DNA of 64,000 nt, taken from positions 2,728,001 through 2,792,000 of the forward strand of contig NC_043022.1 of NCBI RefSeq assembly GCF_006345805.1, read 5' to 3'. Below, in pieces: positions 39,020 through 53,148 of this stretch. The position numbers and the translations under genes were made by a program. Every line of letters starts with the position of its first letter. Position 1 is the first letter of the stretch. Below the pieces are notes generated by a model, which was not told the origin of the DNA, made no database searches, and saw only the letters and a program-made list of their open reading frames with translations. The DNA is from Octopus sinensis (lineage: Eukaryota).

Positions 39020-41552
39020 ATGTTTGTGTGTCTGTGTTTTCCCCCCAACATCACTTGACAACCGATGCTGGTGTGTATACGTCCCCGTAACTTAGCGGTT
39101 TGGCAAAAAGCGTCCGACAAAATAAGTAGGCTTACAAAGAATAAGTACTGGGGTCGATTTGATCGACTAAAGGCGGTGCTCCAGCATGGCCACAGTCACA
39201 TGACTGAAACAAGTAAAAGAGTAAGCAGGCATCGTACCTCAGAGGGGAACTTTCTAGGTGCAATCCCATGGTCATTCATAACCAAAGGGGCTATTCAGCC
39301 TTATACTATTTTTGTAGTGCGTGTGTCTGTGTGCATGTGAAGTTGCATTGCTCAGTGGTTAGAGCATTGGACTCACAACCATGAGTAGTGAGTTCGATTC
39401 CTGAACCGAGCCATGTGTTGTGTCCTTGAGCAAGACACTTTATTCCACGTTGCTCCATTTCACTCAAGTGTAGAAATGAATTTTGATGTCACTGGTGCCA
39501 AGCTGTATCGGCCCCTTTGCTTTTTACTTGGATAAAATCGGTGACATGGAGAGGAGGGGAGGCTGGTATGCATGGACAACTGATAGTCTTCCATAAAACA
39601 ACCCTGCCTGGACTTGTCTCAGGGGGGAATTTCTAGGTGCCATCCCTGGGCCATTCATGACCGAAAGGTGGGTCTTTACTCTATGACGGAAATACTTTAT
39701 ATTACACAGAACGTATGAAATAAGGGTTAATTAAAAATCTGAAATCCAGCTTGGATATTAAGGACAGATTTATGTAAGGGCTTTGCACAGGCTAAGGGTT
39801 ACAAATTAAAACAAAGGTTTTGTAGTATAGAAACCAGGAGCAACGTCAGGTAGACAGGTGTAGCAAAATGATAGATTTGTTTGCTTCTGGATGTCCTTCA
39901 CACATCTTCAATGAACTTTGATAATTAGTCACTGCAATTTTGTTTGATTGGCTCTAATGAGCTGTATTAATCATGTCATTGATTAGAAATCAACTTCCAA
40001 TTTACCCAATTAAACAAAGCATTTACAGTGGAGGGAAGAATATAATGCTGGAATTTACCGAAGCCAATTCCTGATGGTGAACTGGAAGAGTTATTAGCTG
40101 GAGCACCGCCTTTAGTCGAGCAAATAGACCCTGAGACTTATTCTTTTTGTAAGCCCAGTACTTATTCTATCGGTCTCTTTTTGCCGAACCGCTAAGTGAC
40201 GGGGACGTAAGCACACCAGCATCGGTTGTCAAGCAATGCTAGGGGGACAAACACAGACACAAAAACATACACACACATATATATATATATATATATCCGA
40301 CGGGCTTCTTTCAGTTTCCACCTACCAAATCCACTCACAAGGCATTGGTCGGCCCGAGGCTATAGGTGCCACGCAGTGGGCCTGAACCCGGAACCATGTG
40401 GTTCGTAGAGCAAGCTACTTACCACACAGCCACTCCTGCGTCCTATGCTTGTTTATTATTTTAAAAATTAATCAAAACGTAGAGACAGTGTTTTCCATTC
40501 GATGTGTGGCAGTAAGGAGGTTAAGAGGCACAAACAAACGAGACAAAATGGTTCCTTGATAAGCTGTTCAGCTATCTTGATTAAATATATTTTATCTGAA
40601 TGATCAGAGTCACTGTGGAGAGCAAATGGAGACAGAAATAATTACACTTCTTCAACATGTACTATCCTCAATCTCTTGTGAAAAAAAAATCTCACAGATG
40701 TGACATTATTGACATGTGACATTATCAACATGTGACAATATGAGCATGTGATGTTATCAACATGTGGCATGAAAGTATACTCTTTTACTTGTTTCAGTCA
40801 TTTGACTGCGGCCATGCTGGAGCACAGCCTTTAGTCGAACAACTTGACCCCGGGACTTATTCTTTGTAAGCCCAGTACTTATTCTATCGGTCTCTTTTGC
40901 CGAACCGCTAAGTGACGGGAACGTAAACACACCAGCATCGGTTGTCAAGCAATGCTAGGGGGTCAAACACAGACACGCAAACACACACATACACACATAA
41001 TACGATGGGCTTCTTTCAGTTTCCGTCTACCAAATCCACTCACAAGGCATTGGTCGGCCCGAGGCTATAGCAGAAGACACTTGCCCAAGATGCCACGCTG
41101 TGGGACTGAACCTGGAACCATGTGGTTGGTTAGCAAGCTACTTACCACACAGCCACTCCTGCGCCTGTTGTGTTCTTGAGCAAGACACTTCATTTTGTGT
41201 TGCTCCACTCAGCTGTAGATCGGTCGCCCTGTGACAGACTGGTGTCCTATCCGGGGGGAATGTTGGCTTGCTTGCCTGTCTGTCTAGCCAGAGGGATGGC
41301 AACATTTGAAAGCTACAATCATGTGAGGGGCCCCATTATGACCAGCACAGTATAACAGCATTTGATGGTCTCATTGATAAATTGATGTGTGTGTGTGTGT
41401 GTAGTGGTGGGTGTGTGCTAAGAAATTTCCCCATCACCTGGTTCCGTGACATTTTTGGCAGGTGTCTTCTACCATAGCCTCAGGTCGACCAAAGCTTTGT
41501 GAGTGGATTTGGTTGATGGAAACTGAGAGAAGCCCATTGTATTATGTATGCA

Positions 41553-41583
<31 letters not shown>

Positions 41584-43629
41584 TTATGTGTGTGTCTGTT
41601 TTTGTCCCCCGCTATGACTTGACAACTAATGGCGGTGTGTTTATGTCACCATGACTTAGCAGTTGGGAAAAAGAGGCTGATAGAATAAGTACTAGGCTTG
41701 CAAAGAATTAGTCCTGCAATCGATTTCCCTGACTGAAATCCCTTTAAGGCAGTGCTCCAGCATGGCTGCAGTCAAATGACCGAAACAAGTAAAAGAATCT
41801 AAGTATAAATAAGTACACACACACACATACATACACAACAGGCTTCTTTCAGTTTCCATCTATCAAATCCACTCTGGGTTACAGAAGACACTTGCCTAAG
41901 GTGCCATGAAGTGGGACTGAACTCAGAACCATGTGATGCCATACCTGCATCTACATATCGTGTGTGTGTGTATACACACACAATTTTCTAGATATCCTAT
42001 TATATTTCTTGTTTTTAAATTGATTTATTTCATTTCTAATTCTTGCTTTTGTTTTTTTTTTTTTTGGTTTTTTTCTGTTCTCTGTTTTGTAGGTGTTCGT
42101 TTGCCACAAATGAATTGTGCCAGGATTGGTTTAAGCGCCTCAACGCAGTCATCACAGCCCCAACACGAATGGAAGATCTTTTTGCGTTTGCATTCCATGC
42201 TTGGTGTGTGGATCACTGCAACAGGGAACAGAACTCCTCCTGCTATCAGTTATGCGTGCAAAATTCTCCAGGTAAAACCACTCTTAGCCCACCTTGTAAC
42301 ACCTTTTCCAAATGTAGTCATAAGTTCTGGGATTGATTTCTTTGACTAAAGGCGGTGCTCTAGCATGGCCACTGTCAAATGACTGAAACAAATAAAAGAA
42401 TAAATGAATCTGTTTCGTTATGCTAACAGTGATTAAACAGGTGTACAATACCTAGTTTTCAATCATTACATCTGTTTTCCAGGTAAAAACCACTCTTAGC
42501 CCACCTTGTAACACCTTTTCCAAATGTAGTCATTGTCTTCGTTGTCATTATCATTCTTATGATCATCATCGCTTCAGCAGCTGTTTCGTCATGCTAACAG
42601 GGATTGAACAGGTCTGCAATACCTATTTTTCAATCACCATCACTTCAACATCTGGCACTGGCATGGCTGTGTGGTAAGATGTTTCCTTGCTAACCACATG
42701 GTTCCAGGTTCAGTCCCACTGCGTGGCTCCTTGGGCAGGTGTCTTCTACTATAGCCTCGGGCAGACCAAAGCTTTATGAGTGGATTTGGTAGATGGAAAC
42801 TGAAAGAAGCCCGTTGTATATATATGTGTGTGTGTATGTTTGTGTGTCTGTGTTTGTCCACCCAACATCGCTTGACAACCGATGCTGGTGTATTTATGGC
42901 CCTGTAACTTAGCGGCTCGGCAAAGAGACAGATAGAATAAGTACTAGGCTTACAGAGAATAAGTTCTGGGATTGATTTGTTTGACTAAAGGCGGTGCTCC
43001 AGCATGGCCACAGTCAAATGACTGAAACAAATAAAAGAATAAATGAATCTGTTTCGTTATGCTAACAGGGATTGAACAGGTGTACAATACCTAGTTTTCA
43101 ATCACTATCACTTCGACATCTGTTTCGCCATGCTAACAGGGATTAAACAGGTGTACAATACCTAGTTTTCAATCATCATCATCAAGATCACAATCATTAC
43201 ATCTGTTTTCCATGATGGCATGAATGAGACAAATCTTCACAGATTATCTTAATTCCAGTCAGTTTTTCCTTCAAAATTACTGCTGCCTTTCTAGTTTGGT
43301 CGGAGGACAATGTCTTACTCACATCTCACAGTTTAAGGGGTGATTTCTGTAGCCTGTCGCCTCCCCTAACACTAATTGACTGATTGCATTGGGAAAATCA
43401 TTCAAACCGATATATAATAACGGTCAGTCAGTGATGTTGTGAAAAGCCAGCGGGTTCTTTTTGTCATCCAACATAGTAGGTGCTTAATTAGCATGTGTCA
43501 TGAGCAAAGGATGACATCTCTGGCTGTTGACAACAGTTTTAAGACGATCTAAACAACATCCACTTTAAGGTGGATGTCCTAATTATTATTCATTACAAAA
43601 CACTGCTACTGTCACTTTTATATATATAA

Positions 43630-43682
<53 letters not shown>

Positions 43683-46600
43683 CTGTCACTTATATATATA
43701 TTCATTTAAGGCGGCGAGCTGGCAGAAACGTTAGCGCGCTAGACAAAATGCGTAGCCGTATTTCGTCTGTCGTTACGTTCTGAGTTCAAATTCAGCCGAG
43801 GTCGACTTTGCCTTTCATCCTTTCGGGGTCGATAAATTAAGTACCAGTTACGCACTGTGGTCGATGTAATCGACTTAATCCTTTTGTCTGTCCTTGTTGG
43901 TCCCCTCTGTGTTTAGCCCCTTGTGGGTAGTAAAGAAATATATATATATATTCATTCACACACACACACACACATATTCACACACACACACACACATATT
44001 CACACATACACATTCTCACACATACAGACACACACATACTCACACATAGACACACACATAGACAGACACACACAAACACACACACATATACATGTATACA
44101 CACACACACACACACACACATATGGCTCATCTTCTTTTGTATTCTAATACACATGATGACATCTACTCATCGTTTTCTCCGTTAAAAGTATTTAGTCATC
44201 ATATGTTGATGGTTCAATAAGTATTTCACTCGTGACCTTATTATCCTAACATTTAATCAATATTCCAAATACGAATTTGCTTCTATAATTAGTAATCCAC
44301 GAATATTATTTTTAGAATTTTCGTGGAGAGGCTTGAATGTGTTTTTTGCCTTTGGACCCTAATTTTTGTGACTGTTCTATATACTTATTCTAGCTGTTAC
44401 TGCTGTTGTCCTGTACTATTTATAAAAAAAAAACACCACTTTCAAAGTTGACATCTGTCAAGTTAATCTTTTTTTAAAACATAATTATTATTTGCCCTTG
44501 AGGCGAATAAAGATATATCCTGCCATGTTATGAGTCCTTAATGTCTTTGTGGAGTACTAGGAGCAGTGTTGGGACATATGTAGAGTGTCTTGGGCATTTT
44601 AGGTTTGGCGAAGTCCACCCATCGCCAGACCTGACTGCAGTTGATTCCTTCCTGAAGGTGAGAAAGCAACAGACCCCAAAAAACAGATTTAGAGAAAAAC
44701 TCAATCACAGTACAGGATTGGTATTTTATCGACCCTGAGGGAATAAAAGCCAGAGCTGACCTCTGTGAGGTTTGAATTGTAAGTGCCGAGAGCCAGAATA
44801 GACCCATGTCGGGGCAAATACTGGTGTCACACAGATGGCACCCATGCCGGTGGCTCGTAAAAGCACCCATTGCACTCTAGGAGTGGTTGGCATTAGGAAG
44901 GGCATCCGGCCATAGAAAACCATGCCAAATCAGACTGGTGTTTGGTGCAGCGCCTCAGCTTTACCAGCCCTGGTCAAATCATTCAACCCATGACAGCATG
45001 GACAACGAACATTAAATGATGATGACAAACTTTATTAAGCTGATGTTTGAAACATTTGTCAGCATGAAATTTTGATGGAAAGTTTTAATTTAGATCTTTT
45101 AAAACACTGAATTTGTATCCTGGAACTAGAGACAATCTCAGGTGGGTCGATAGCAATAGGGTTAATGGTGTAATAATCATACAGGGACGTGTCGTGGACA
45201 ATGCATAAGTGAAAAGGTTCTGTGTTGTGGTAGTGGTTGGGGATTTCTCAGGTAGCCAGGTGAGACATAGAAAGAATTACCTGAAAATCTGGCCAAGAAG
45301 TGCCCACCCCCACTCTACCCCTTGAGAAAAAGTTGAGATCAGGTTGTAAGCTGTGATAGCACAGATCTTCCCCCATTGGTGCTGGCAGTGGGTATTGAAA
45401 ATAAATTTGCTGTTGGTTGTAATTTTGTTTATCTATTTTCAGTGGAAAGTTATCAACTGCGATTTGGTAAAGAGGTGAAACGGATGAATTTTGATTTGAA
45501 GTCAGCATGGAGGATATCTTACATCAACGAAGATTATGAGTAAGTGGAGTTTAGATACAGTATACATATAATTGTTGTACACTGGTGAAATTGGACAGCA
45601 CACTTGTCACGGAAACAATGATATGTGGGTTCAAGCCCCATGTGTCCAGGAAAACCTACTTTTTTCCATGGAGGGCTTATATGCCCCATTAGTAGACTAT
45701 TTTCTTTAGGTATTGCACAGTGATCGGTTACAAGGTTTTAGCTTATAAAATACTAATATGTACAGAATTGTAAAAACCAACACTGCTTAACAAAAACTAT
45801 TGCAGAAAAATACGTATAATTGAGGAAACGAAAAGTCGAAACAATGTTACAAACGTTTCCATAAATGAATGTTATTTATTCTGTATTACATACAAAGTTA
45901 TGCAACATATGCACTTCCTCAGACGTCCTGATTTGAATCACAACAAACTTATATGAAGTAGGTGCAGAAATGAAGAACTGATTTAATTTTTGGATGTTCT
46001 CTGGGTGTTTGATGTGTTGTAGGGTTCATCATCATCATCATTTAGCGTCCGCTTTCCATGCTAGCATGGGTTGGACGGTTCAACTGGGGTCTGTGAAGCT
46101 GGAAGGCTTCGTCAGGCCCAGTCAGATCTGACAGTGTTTCTACGGCTGGATGCCCTTCCTAACGCCAACCACTCCGTGAGTGTAGTGGGTGCTTTTTACG
46201 TGCCACCCGCACAGGTGCCAGACAGAGCTGGCAAACGGCCACGAACGGATGGTGCTTTTACGTGTCACCAGCACGGGGGCCAGGCGAGGCTGGCAACGGA
46301 CACGAACGGATGGTGCTTTTACGTGTCACCGGTACGGGGCCATGTAATAAATTAAATCATGAAAATGTGATGTGATATGTGTGGAAGCCCAGGGAGAAAC
46401 TGTCACATGGTTGTTTTGCAACTAGAAACAACAACCAAATCCTCAAATCACACTGTCCCATTGTTAACCCTCTACCATTTAAACTGGCCATATCTAGCTC
46501 AAACATTCTACCTATTTTACATTAAAACTGGCCAGATCTGGCCTCTCACACCTACCCTACAATGCCTCTGTAAAGATTAGTCATTGGGCTGCAGCCATTC

Positions 46601-49600
46601 TGGGGCATTGTCTTGAAGGGTTTAGTCAAACAGATCGACTCCCCCCCCCAATACTTACTTTTTAGGTCTGGTGCTTATTATATCAGTCCTTTTTCCAAAC
46701 CACTAAGTTACAAGAGTGTAAGCAAACTAATACAAACATAGAATCAAAACTAACCATGGAAAAAAAAAACAATTGTGGAGATCTCCACATGAAACCATTG
46801 GTTGCCTTCTTAATCCACAAATAAAGAATATTTGCACTTATTCTCACTGTTCATTACTAGCACACACACACACACTCATATCTATGTGCTGGTGGCACAT
46901 AACAAGCACCATTCAAGCATGGTCAATGCCAGTGCCGCCTGACTAGCTCCCATGCCAATGGCACATAAAAAGCATCCACTACACTCTCAGAGTGGTTGGC
47001 GTTAGGAAGGGTATCCAGCTGTAAAAATATTGCCAGCTCAGATAGGAGCCTGGTGCAGCCTCCTGGCTTTCCAGTCCTCAGTCAAAACGGCCAACCCATG
47101 CCAGCATAGAAAGTAGAAGTTAAACTATGATGATGATGAAAAGGCGGCGAGCTGGCAGAATCGTTAGCACGCTGGGCGAAGTGCTTACCGGTAATTCGTC
47201 TGCCGTTACGTTCTGAGTTCAAATTCAGCCGAGGTCGACTTTGCCTTTCATCCTTTCAGGGTCGATAAATTAAGTACCAGTTACGTACTGGGGTCGATAT
47301 AATCAATAATCGATTTAATCCGTTTGTCTGTTCTTCTTCGTCCCCTCTGTGTTTAGCCCCTTGTGGGTAGTAAAGAAATAGATGATGATGATGATATGAC
47401 GGTCTGAAGTGATGCAACATTCCCTTTTCTTCCTGGGAAAACAAAGCTTCAGAATACAGGACCTGGTACCACTCCTGCTTCTCAGTTCAAAGATTTGAGC
47501 AAAAACAAATCCAACATCAGGACCAACTTTGTGCAAGCATGAAGGCACGCTGGCAAAACACTGCTCCTCTAAATGGAGACCTTACCTGTCATTGTGTGGT
47601 TTTGTGGCACAAAGCAAAGCAGGCCTTACTGTCCACTCAAGAAAACAATTGAGAAATGATCCACGAGCACTCAAGCAAACTGAGTCCTCAACTTGTTCCA
47701 TTTGTCAAAAGGTCTGCAAGGGCACCAAGAGGCCTCAAGAGACACATTTGTGTCCGTAGAATAAGATTACCGCTTTATTTTACTGAACCCTTATTTGTTG
47801 TTCACAACAGGAGAATCTACCATCCATACATACATACATACAACACACACACACACACACATGCATGATGGGCTTCTTTAGTTCCCATCTATCAAATCCA
47901 CTCACAAGGCTTTGGTCAGTTCGATTTCAAATTCTGGTACAAGGACAGCAATTTCAGGGGAGGGGAGGGGAAAAATTGATTACATCAACCCCCAGTGCTC
48001 AAATGGTACTTATTTTATTGACCCCGAAAGGATGAAAGGCAGACTCACCTTTGGCAGCATTTGAACTCAGAACATAGACAGATGAAATGCCACTAAGCAT
48101 TTTGCCTGCCATGCTAACAATTCTGCCACCTCACCACCATATTACTAATTATTAATTAATTTTAATTATTAATCAAAGCATCTGCAATGATATATGTCCA
48201 AGCAATTAGTATTTTCTAATGATGTTTCTGTGTTTTGGGTTGTTCTTTACTTGTGTTTTTCTTTGTCCAGGATTTGCCCTTCATATCCTGAAGTCCACAT
48301 CGTTCCTGCTATTATCACGGATGAAGAATTGAAAAATGTTGCAAGTTTCCGATCCATGCGAAGGATTCCGTCTGTGGTTTGGAGGTAAGATAGTTTGACA
48401 CATTCTTATTTCTTTATTACCCACAAGGGGGCTAAACATAAAGGGAACAAACAAGGACAGACAAAGGGATTAAGTTGATTACATCGACCCCAGTGCGTAA
48501 CTGGTACTTAATTTATCGACCCCGAAAGGATGAAAGGCAAAGTCGACCTTGGCGGAATTTGAACTCAGAATGTAGCAGCAGATGAAATACCGCTAAGCAT
48601 TTTGCCCAGCATGCTAACATCTCTGCTAGCTCACTGCCTCTGCCACCCCACCTTGACACATTCTGGGGGTTGTTGTCTCTCTCCTGTCCTAGACAGGTGT
48701 GAATGTTTTTATCTCTGCGGACTTCATTACATACATTCGACCCTTTAGATGCCAGGAACACCAAAAAGGGAAGAAAAAAAATGCACCTGTTATACACAAA
48801 GTGGTTGGTGTTAGGAAGGGCATCCAGCCATAAAAACCCTTACCAGAACAGGACATTGGAGCCCAATGTACTTAGGACATTGGATCATGTCAATCCAACA
48901 TATGCTAGCATGGGACATGGGTGTTAAATGATGAGGAGGAGGAAAAAGGGAGATGCTGCCACTAACGCCTGAGATCTAGGATCCAAACCTTCCTCTTTGT
49001 TATTCAAAAATCTTTAATATTTTGTTCCAAACACCTATTTCACAATAGAAGGAAATTGTAATGGTGCCATGTAGGAAGCACCCAGTACATTTCTGTAAAG
49101 TGGTTGGCATTAGGAAGGGCATCCAGCCGTAGAAATCATGTCGAAATAGACAAACATCCCAGCATGGAACATGGATGTTAAATGATGAGGGGTGGGGATG
49201 CTGCGACTGATACCTGAGATCTAGAATCCAAGCCTTCCGCTTTGCTATTCAAGAATTTGTAAAGGAGACAAAAACTGAAAAATTATAATAAATCTGTGCT
49301 ACCACGACTTAGGTCCTTTTATGTTCCCTGAAGCCAATAAATAGGATTCACAAAAGTAAAATAAACTTCTATTGTCATGTGACCAGGACAGCCATGTTAG
49401 ATTCAGTCAAGATGACAATTTGACTGGGAGGCTGAAGGTTGGAATCCACTTCCATCCTAGAATAAAATGAACTTTCTATCTTGCAAAAATGAATTTTCAG
49501 AAAAAAACTAGATTAAAACTACAGTTTAGTTAGTTAGTTAATTTTTTGGCTCAAAAAGCAAAAAAGCAAGGCCATGTAGGGGGACATGGAGTTATGTACA

Positions 49601-52600
49601 GGGTGGTGTTCATGTAAAGAGTTCAGGCCACTTGTGGTCAAGGGAGACTTTGAACCGAGCGGTCGTCGGCATCTTCACCATCTCGTCCGGCAGCTTATTC
49701 CACGGATCCGCAACCCGGACGGAGAAAGCCCCTCTCCTTCGATTGAGATGAAATTGTTGCGGATAGAGCTTTTCGGAATGACCCCGCAGCCGATGCTCTG
49801 GAGCAGGAGTGAAGAATAGCTCCTTCGAGAGGTTACACTTTCCGCTTATGATGTTGTGAGCAAGAATGAGATCACCACGGCGGCGGCGTTTTTCTAGAGA
49901 ATAAAGGTCGAGCGTCTTCAGCCTTTCTTCATAAGACAAATTCTTGAGACCAAGAACCATGCGGGTAGCCAGCTTCTGGACTCTTGGGAAGATCATTCTG
50001 CTTGTCAGTAAAACCAGAATTTACTGTGGCCATTAGAACTTACCCTTTTGGCATTATATATTTAGTCTGCAAAATCCTGATAAATAATTACTTTAAACCA
50101 ATGCAACCATTATGACATGCTGTTGTTTTCCCCTTGTGTGCAGAGATCAACGCAGTGGGGCAGTTATTTCACGAAGCAGTCAACCGGAAATTGGCTGGCT
50201 CGGCTGGAGAAAAACAGAAGATGAAAATTTACTGCAAGCCATTGCCATGGCTTGTGCACGAAACCCAGGCACCAACAGTAAGTTTCAATCCCAAGCAGAC
50301 ATTACTGAAAGCACAGAAGGCATTGACAAAGGTCAGTTTCTACGGTTTTCACATTTTTTTTTTTTGTTATTTTCCATAATGCAGTTTTGGAAATTGTTTT
50401 GGAATTCTCCCGTGACACACGTCTTGCATTTCCGTATCATCAATCTTCATGTGCTTTTCTTTCCATTCTTTATATTTCAGATGAGATGACAATGGGTATA
50501 AGAGAGAATTCCACCAATGCTCTTGGTATGTTGATTATCGATGCTAGATCGTACAGTGCAGCTATTGCCAACCGAGCGAAGGGTGGTGGCTGTGAATGTG
50601 CAGGTATGTTGATCGGACCCTTAAATAACTCTCTCCTCTATTTTGTTTATCTGTAAATGACCTAAAGATAGACATCAAATTCATTCTCTGTCAAAATTGT
50701 CAAAGTGAACTTGCATGGCTCAGTGGTTAGAGCGTCGGGCTCACAATCATGAGATTGTGAGTTCAATTCCTAGGCTGGTCTTTGTGTTATGTTCTCGAGC
50801 AATACACTTTACTTCACATTGCTCCTGTTCACACAGCTGTAGGGATGAGTTGTGATGTCACTGGTGCCAAGCTGTATCGGCCTTTCTCTTGCATGAGATT
50901 GGTGGCATGGAGAGGGTAGGCTTTTTTTTTTTTTTTGAGGGCCATATGGATCCCAGTTGAGAACCACTGCTCTTAAGGTGAATTTACCCTGTTTATCAGG
51001 TGATGAGGTTGATAATGTGTCAGAATCTCCAATCCTAAAAGACTGATGTTTCCTACATCAGATCAGCATCACGGTGTCCAACCCATCTCTTGTTGTTTTC
51101 AGTAATATTCTATCTAAATGTTCTCTGTCTGCTGCTATTTTATACCTTCTCAATTAACCCTGTTAAGCATTTAAACTGACCAGATCCCACCAAAATTGAT
51201 AATATAACTATTATCGGGGAACGTATACAAAGGTTTAATTATTCAAAATATGATCCCTGAACATCTGTGCATTTCTTACATCAATTAACAAGGTCCTTTA
51301 TGCCTCTTCAATAAAAATCCAAAGGTTTCAATGCCAAGAAATCCTTGAATTCAGTTTCGACCTTAGTTTTGGAACGGAAGGTTTTTTTAGCCTTAAAAAA
51401 CTGTCTAGATCAGTGCTTTTCAAACTTTTTGTTGGAGCGAAACCCCAAGGAAACATTCCACTGGCTCGAGGAACCCCTGTGCAATAATTTAATAGTCTTA
51501 TGCACACATATCTGCACAGGAGAATTAAAAATTACTGCCGATTTTAGCAGTTTTGTAAATTCTTGCGGAACCCCTGGACTGTACTGGTGGAACCCTAAGG
51601 TTCCGCAGAACCCTGGTTGAAAACCACTGGTCTAGATGCTTGAAAAAGTGGTAGTCGGTGGGTGAAAGATCACGAGAATATGGAGGAGGTGGTAAAGTCT
51701 CATATCCCATCCTGGAAACGTACGGTCGTGCATTGTCATGGAGAAGAATTGGACCACTTTGATTAACAGGTCTCATTTTGCTCAAGCGAACATGTACTTC
51801 TTCCAGTTGCATAAACTTCTGATGTAATGCTCTGGTTAGGTTCCAGAAAGCTGTATCATTTTCAAATGCTGATCGTCAAGGATGGATGGACATCCTCTAC
51901 CTCCTAAATTTTCCAGGCCCTTATCCCCACCACACAATCTATCAAACACATTTCTTCTTTTTACAGTTTAAAATTAAGGATTTCTATGCTTCAGAATTAT
52001 ACTCTGAAAGAAATCAATAAAAACTTATCAAAGAGTACACGTCAATTATTAAGCATATATATAATTTCATCTAAAACACTTATATTGAATTTGAGAAAAT
52101 GTTTTTGAAAATTCGGACAGTCTTTCCTGGACAGTCTAACAAGAATGTTTGTTTCTGACCTTGTCCAAGTCTCCCCCTGTTGTCTCCTCAATATTATTAT
52201 ATGACATCCCTTATCTAAACCAATCCTGTTTCATTTTCCCCCACTTCAATCCCCCTTTTTTCTATGTCTTCCTTTCTCTCTTCCTCCAGAATATTATCCA
52301 AATTGTGAGATCCAGTTCATGAACCTTGCCAATATACATTCCATCAGGAAAAGCTTCTGTGCCCTTAGGACTTTGTGTGGATCATCTCCTGATCAAACAA
52401 AGTAAGTTTATTTCATATTTTAATCTTGTTTTCTGTACCTGATCATCATCATCATCATCGTCGTTTAACGTCCGCTTTCCATGCTAGCATGGGTTGGACG
52501 GTTCAACCGGGGTCTGGGAAGCCCGAAGGCTGCACCAGGCCAGTCTGATCTGGAAATGTTTCTACAGCTGGATGCCCTTCCTAACGCCAACCACTCCGTG

Positions 52601-53113
52601 AGTGTAGTAGTGGGTGCTTTTTATGTGCCTCCTGCACAGGTGCCAGACGAGGCTGGCAAATGGCCACGCTCGGATGGTGTTTTTTACGTGCCACCGGCAC
52701 GGAGGCCAGGCGAGGCTGACGAACGGCCATGCTCGGATGGTGTTTTTTACGTGCCACCATCACGGAGGCCAGGCGAGGCTGGCACGGCCACGATTCATAT
52801 GGTGTTTGTTATGTGCCACCAGCATGGAGGCCAGGCGATGCGGCACTGGCTACGGCCACGTTCGGAAATATTTATTAATTTGTTTCTTTCTTTATGATCT
52901 CAATTTCTTATATATTGAAAGTTTCTATATTATATAGATATAGGCGCAGGAGTGGCTGTGTGGTAAGTAGCTTGCTAACCAACCACATGGTTCTGGGTTC
53001 AGTCCCACTGCGTGGCATCTTGGGCAAGTGTCTTCTGCTATAGTCCTGGGCCGACCAATGCCTTGTGAGTGGATTTGGTAGATGGAAACTGAAAGAAGCC
53101 CGTCGTATATATG

Positions 53114-53148
<35 letters not shown>

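Noticed and set aside
45815-45870. Second hammerhead-like string ttgagga...gtcgaaac...gtt
   Set aside because: The core starts with U instead of C, and stems I-III do not pair convincingly.
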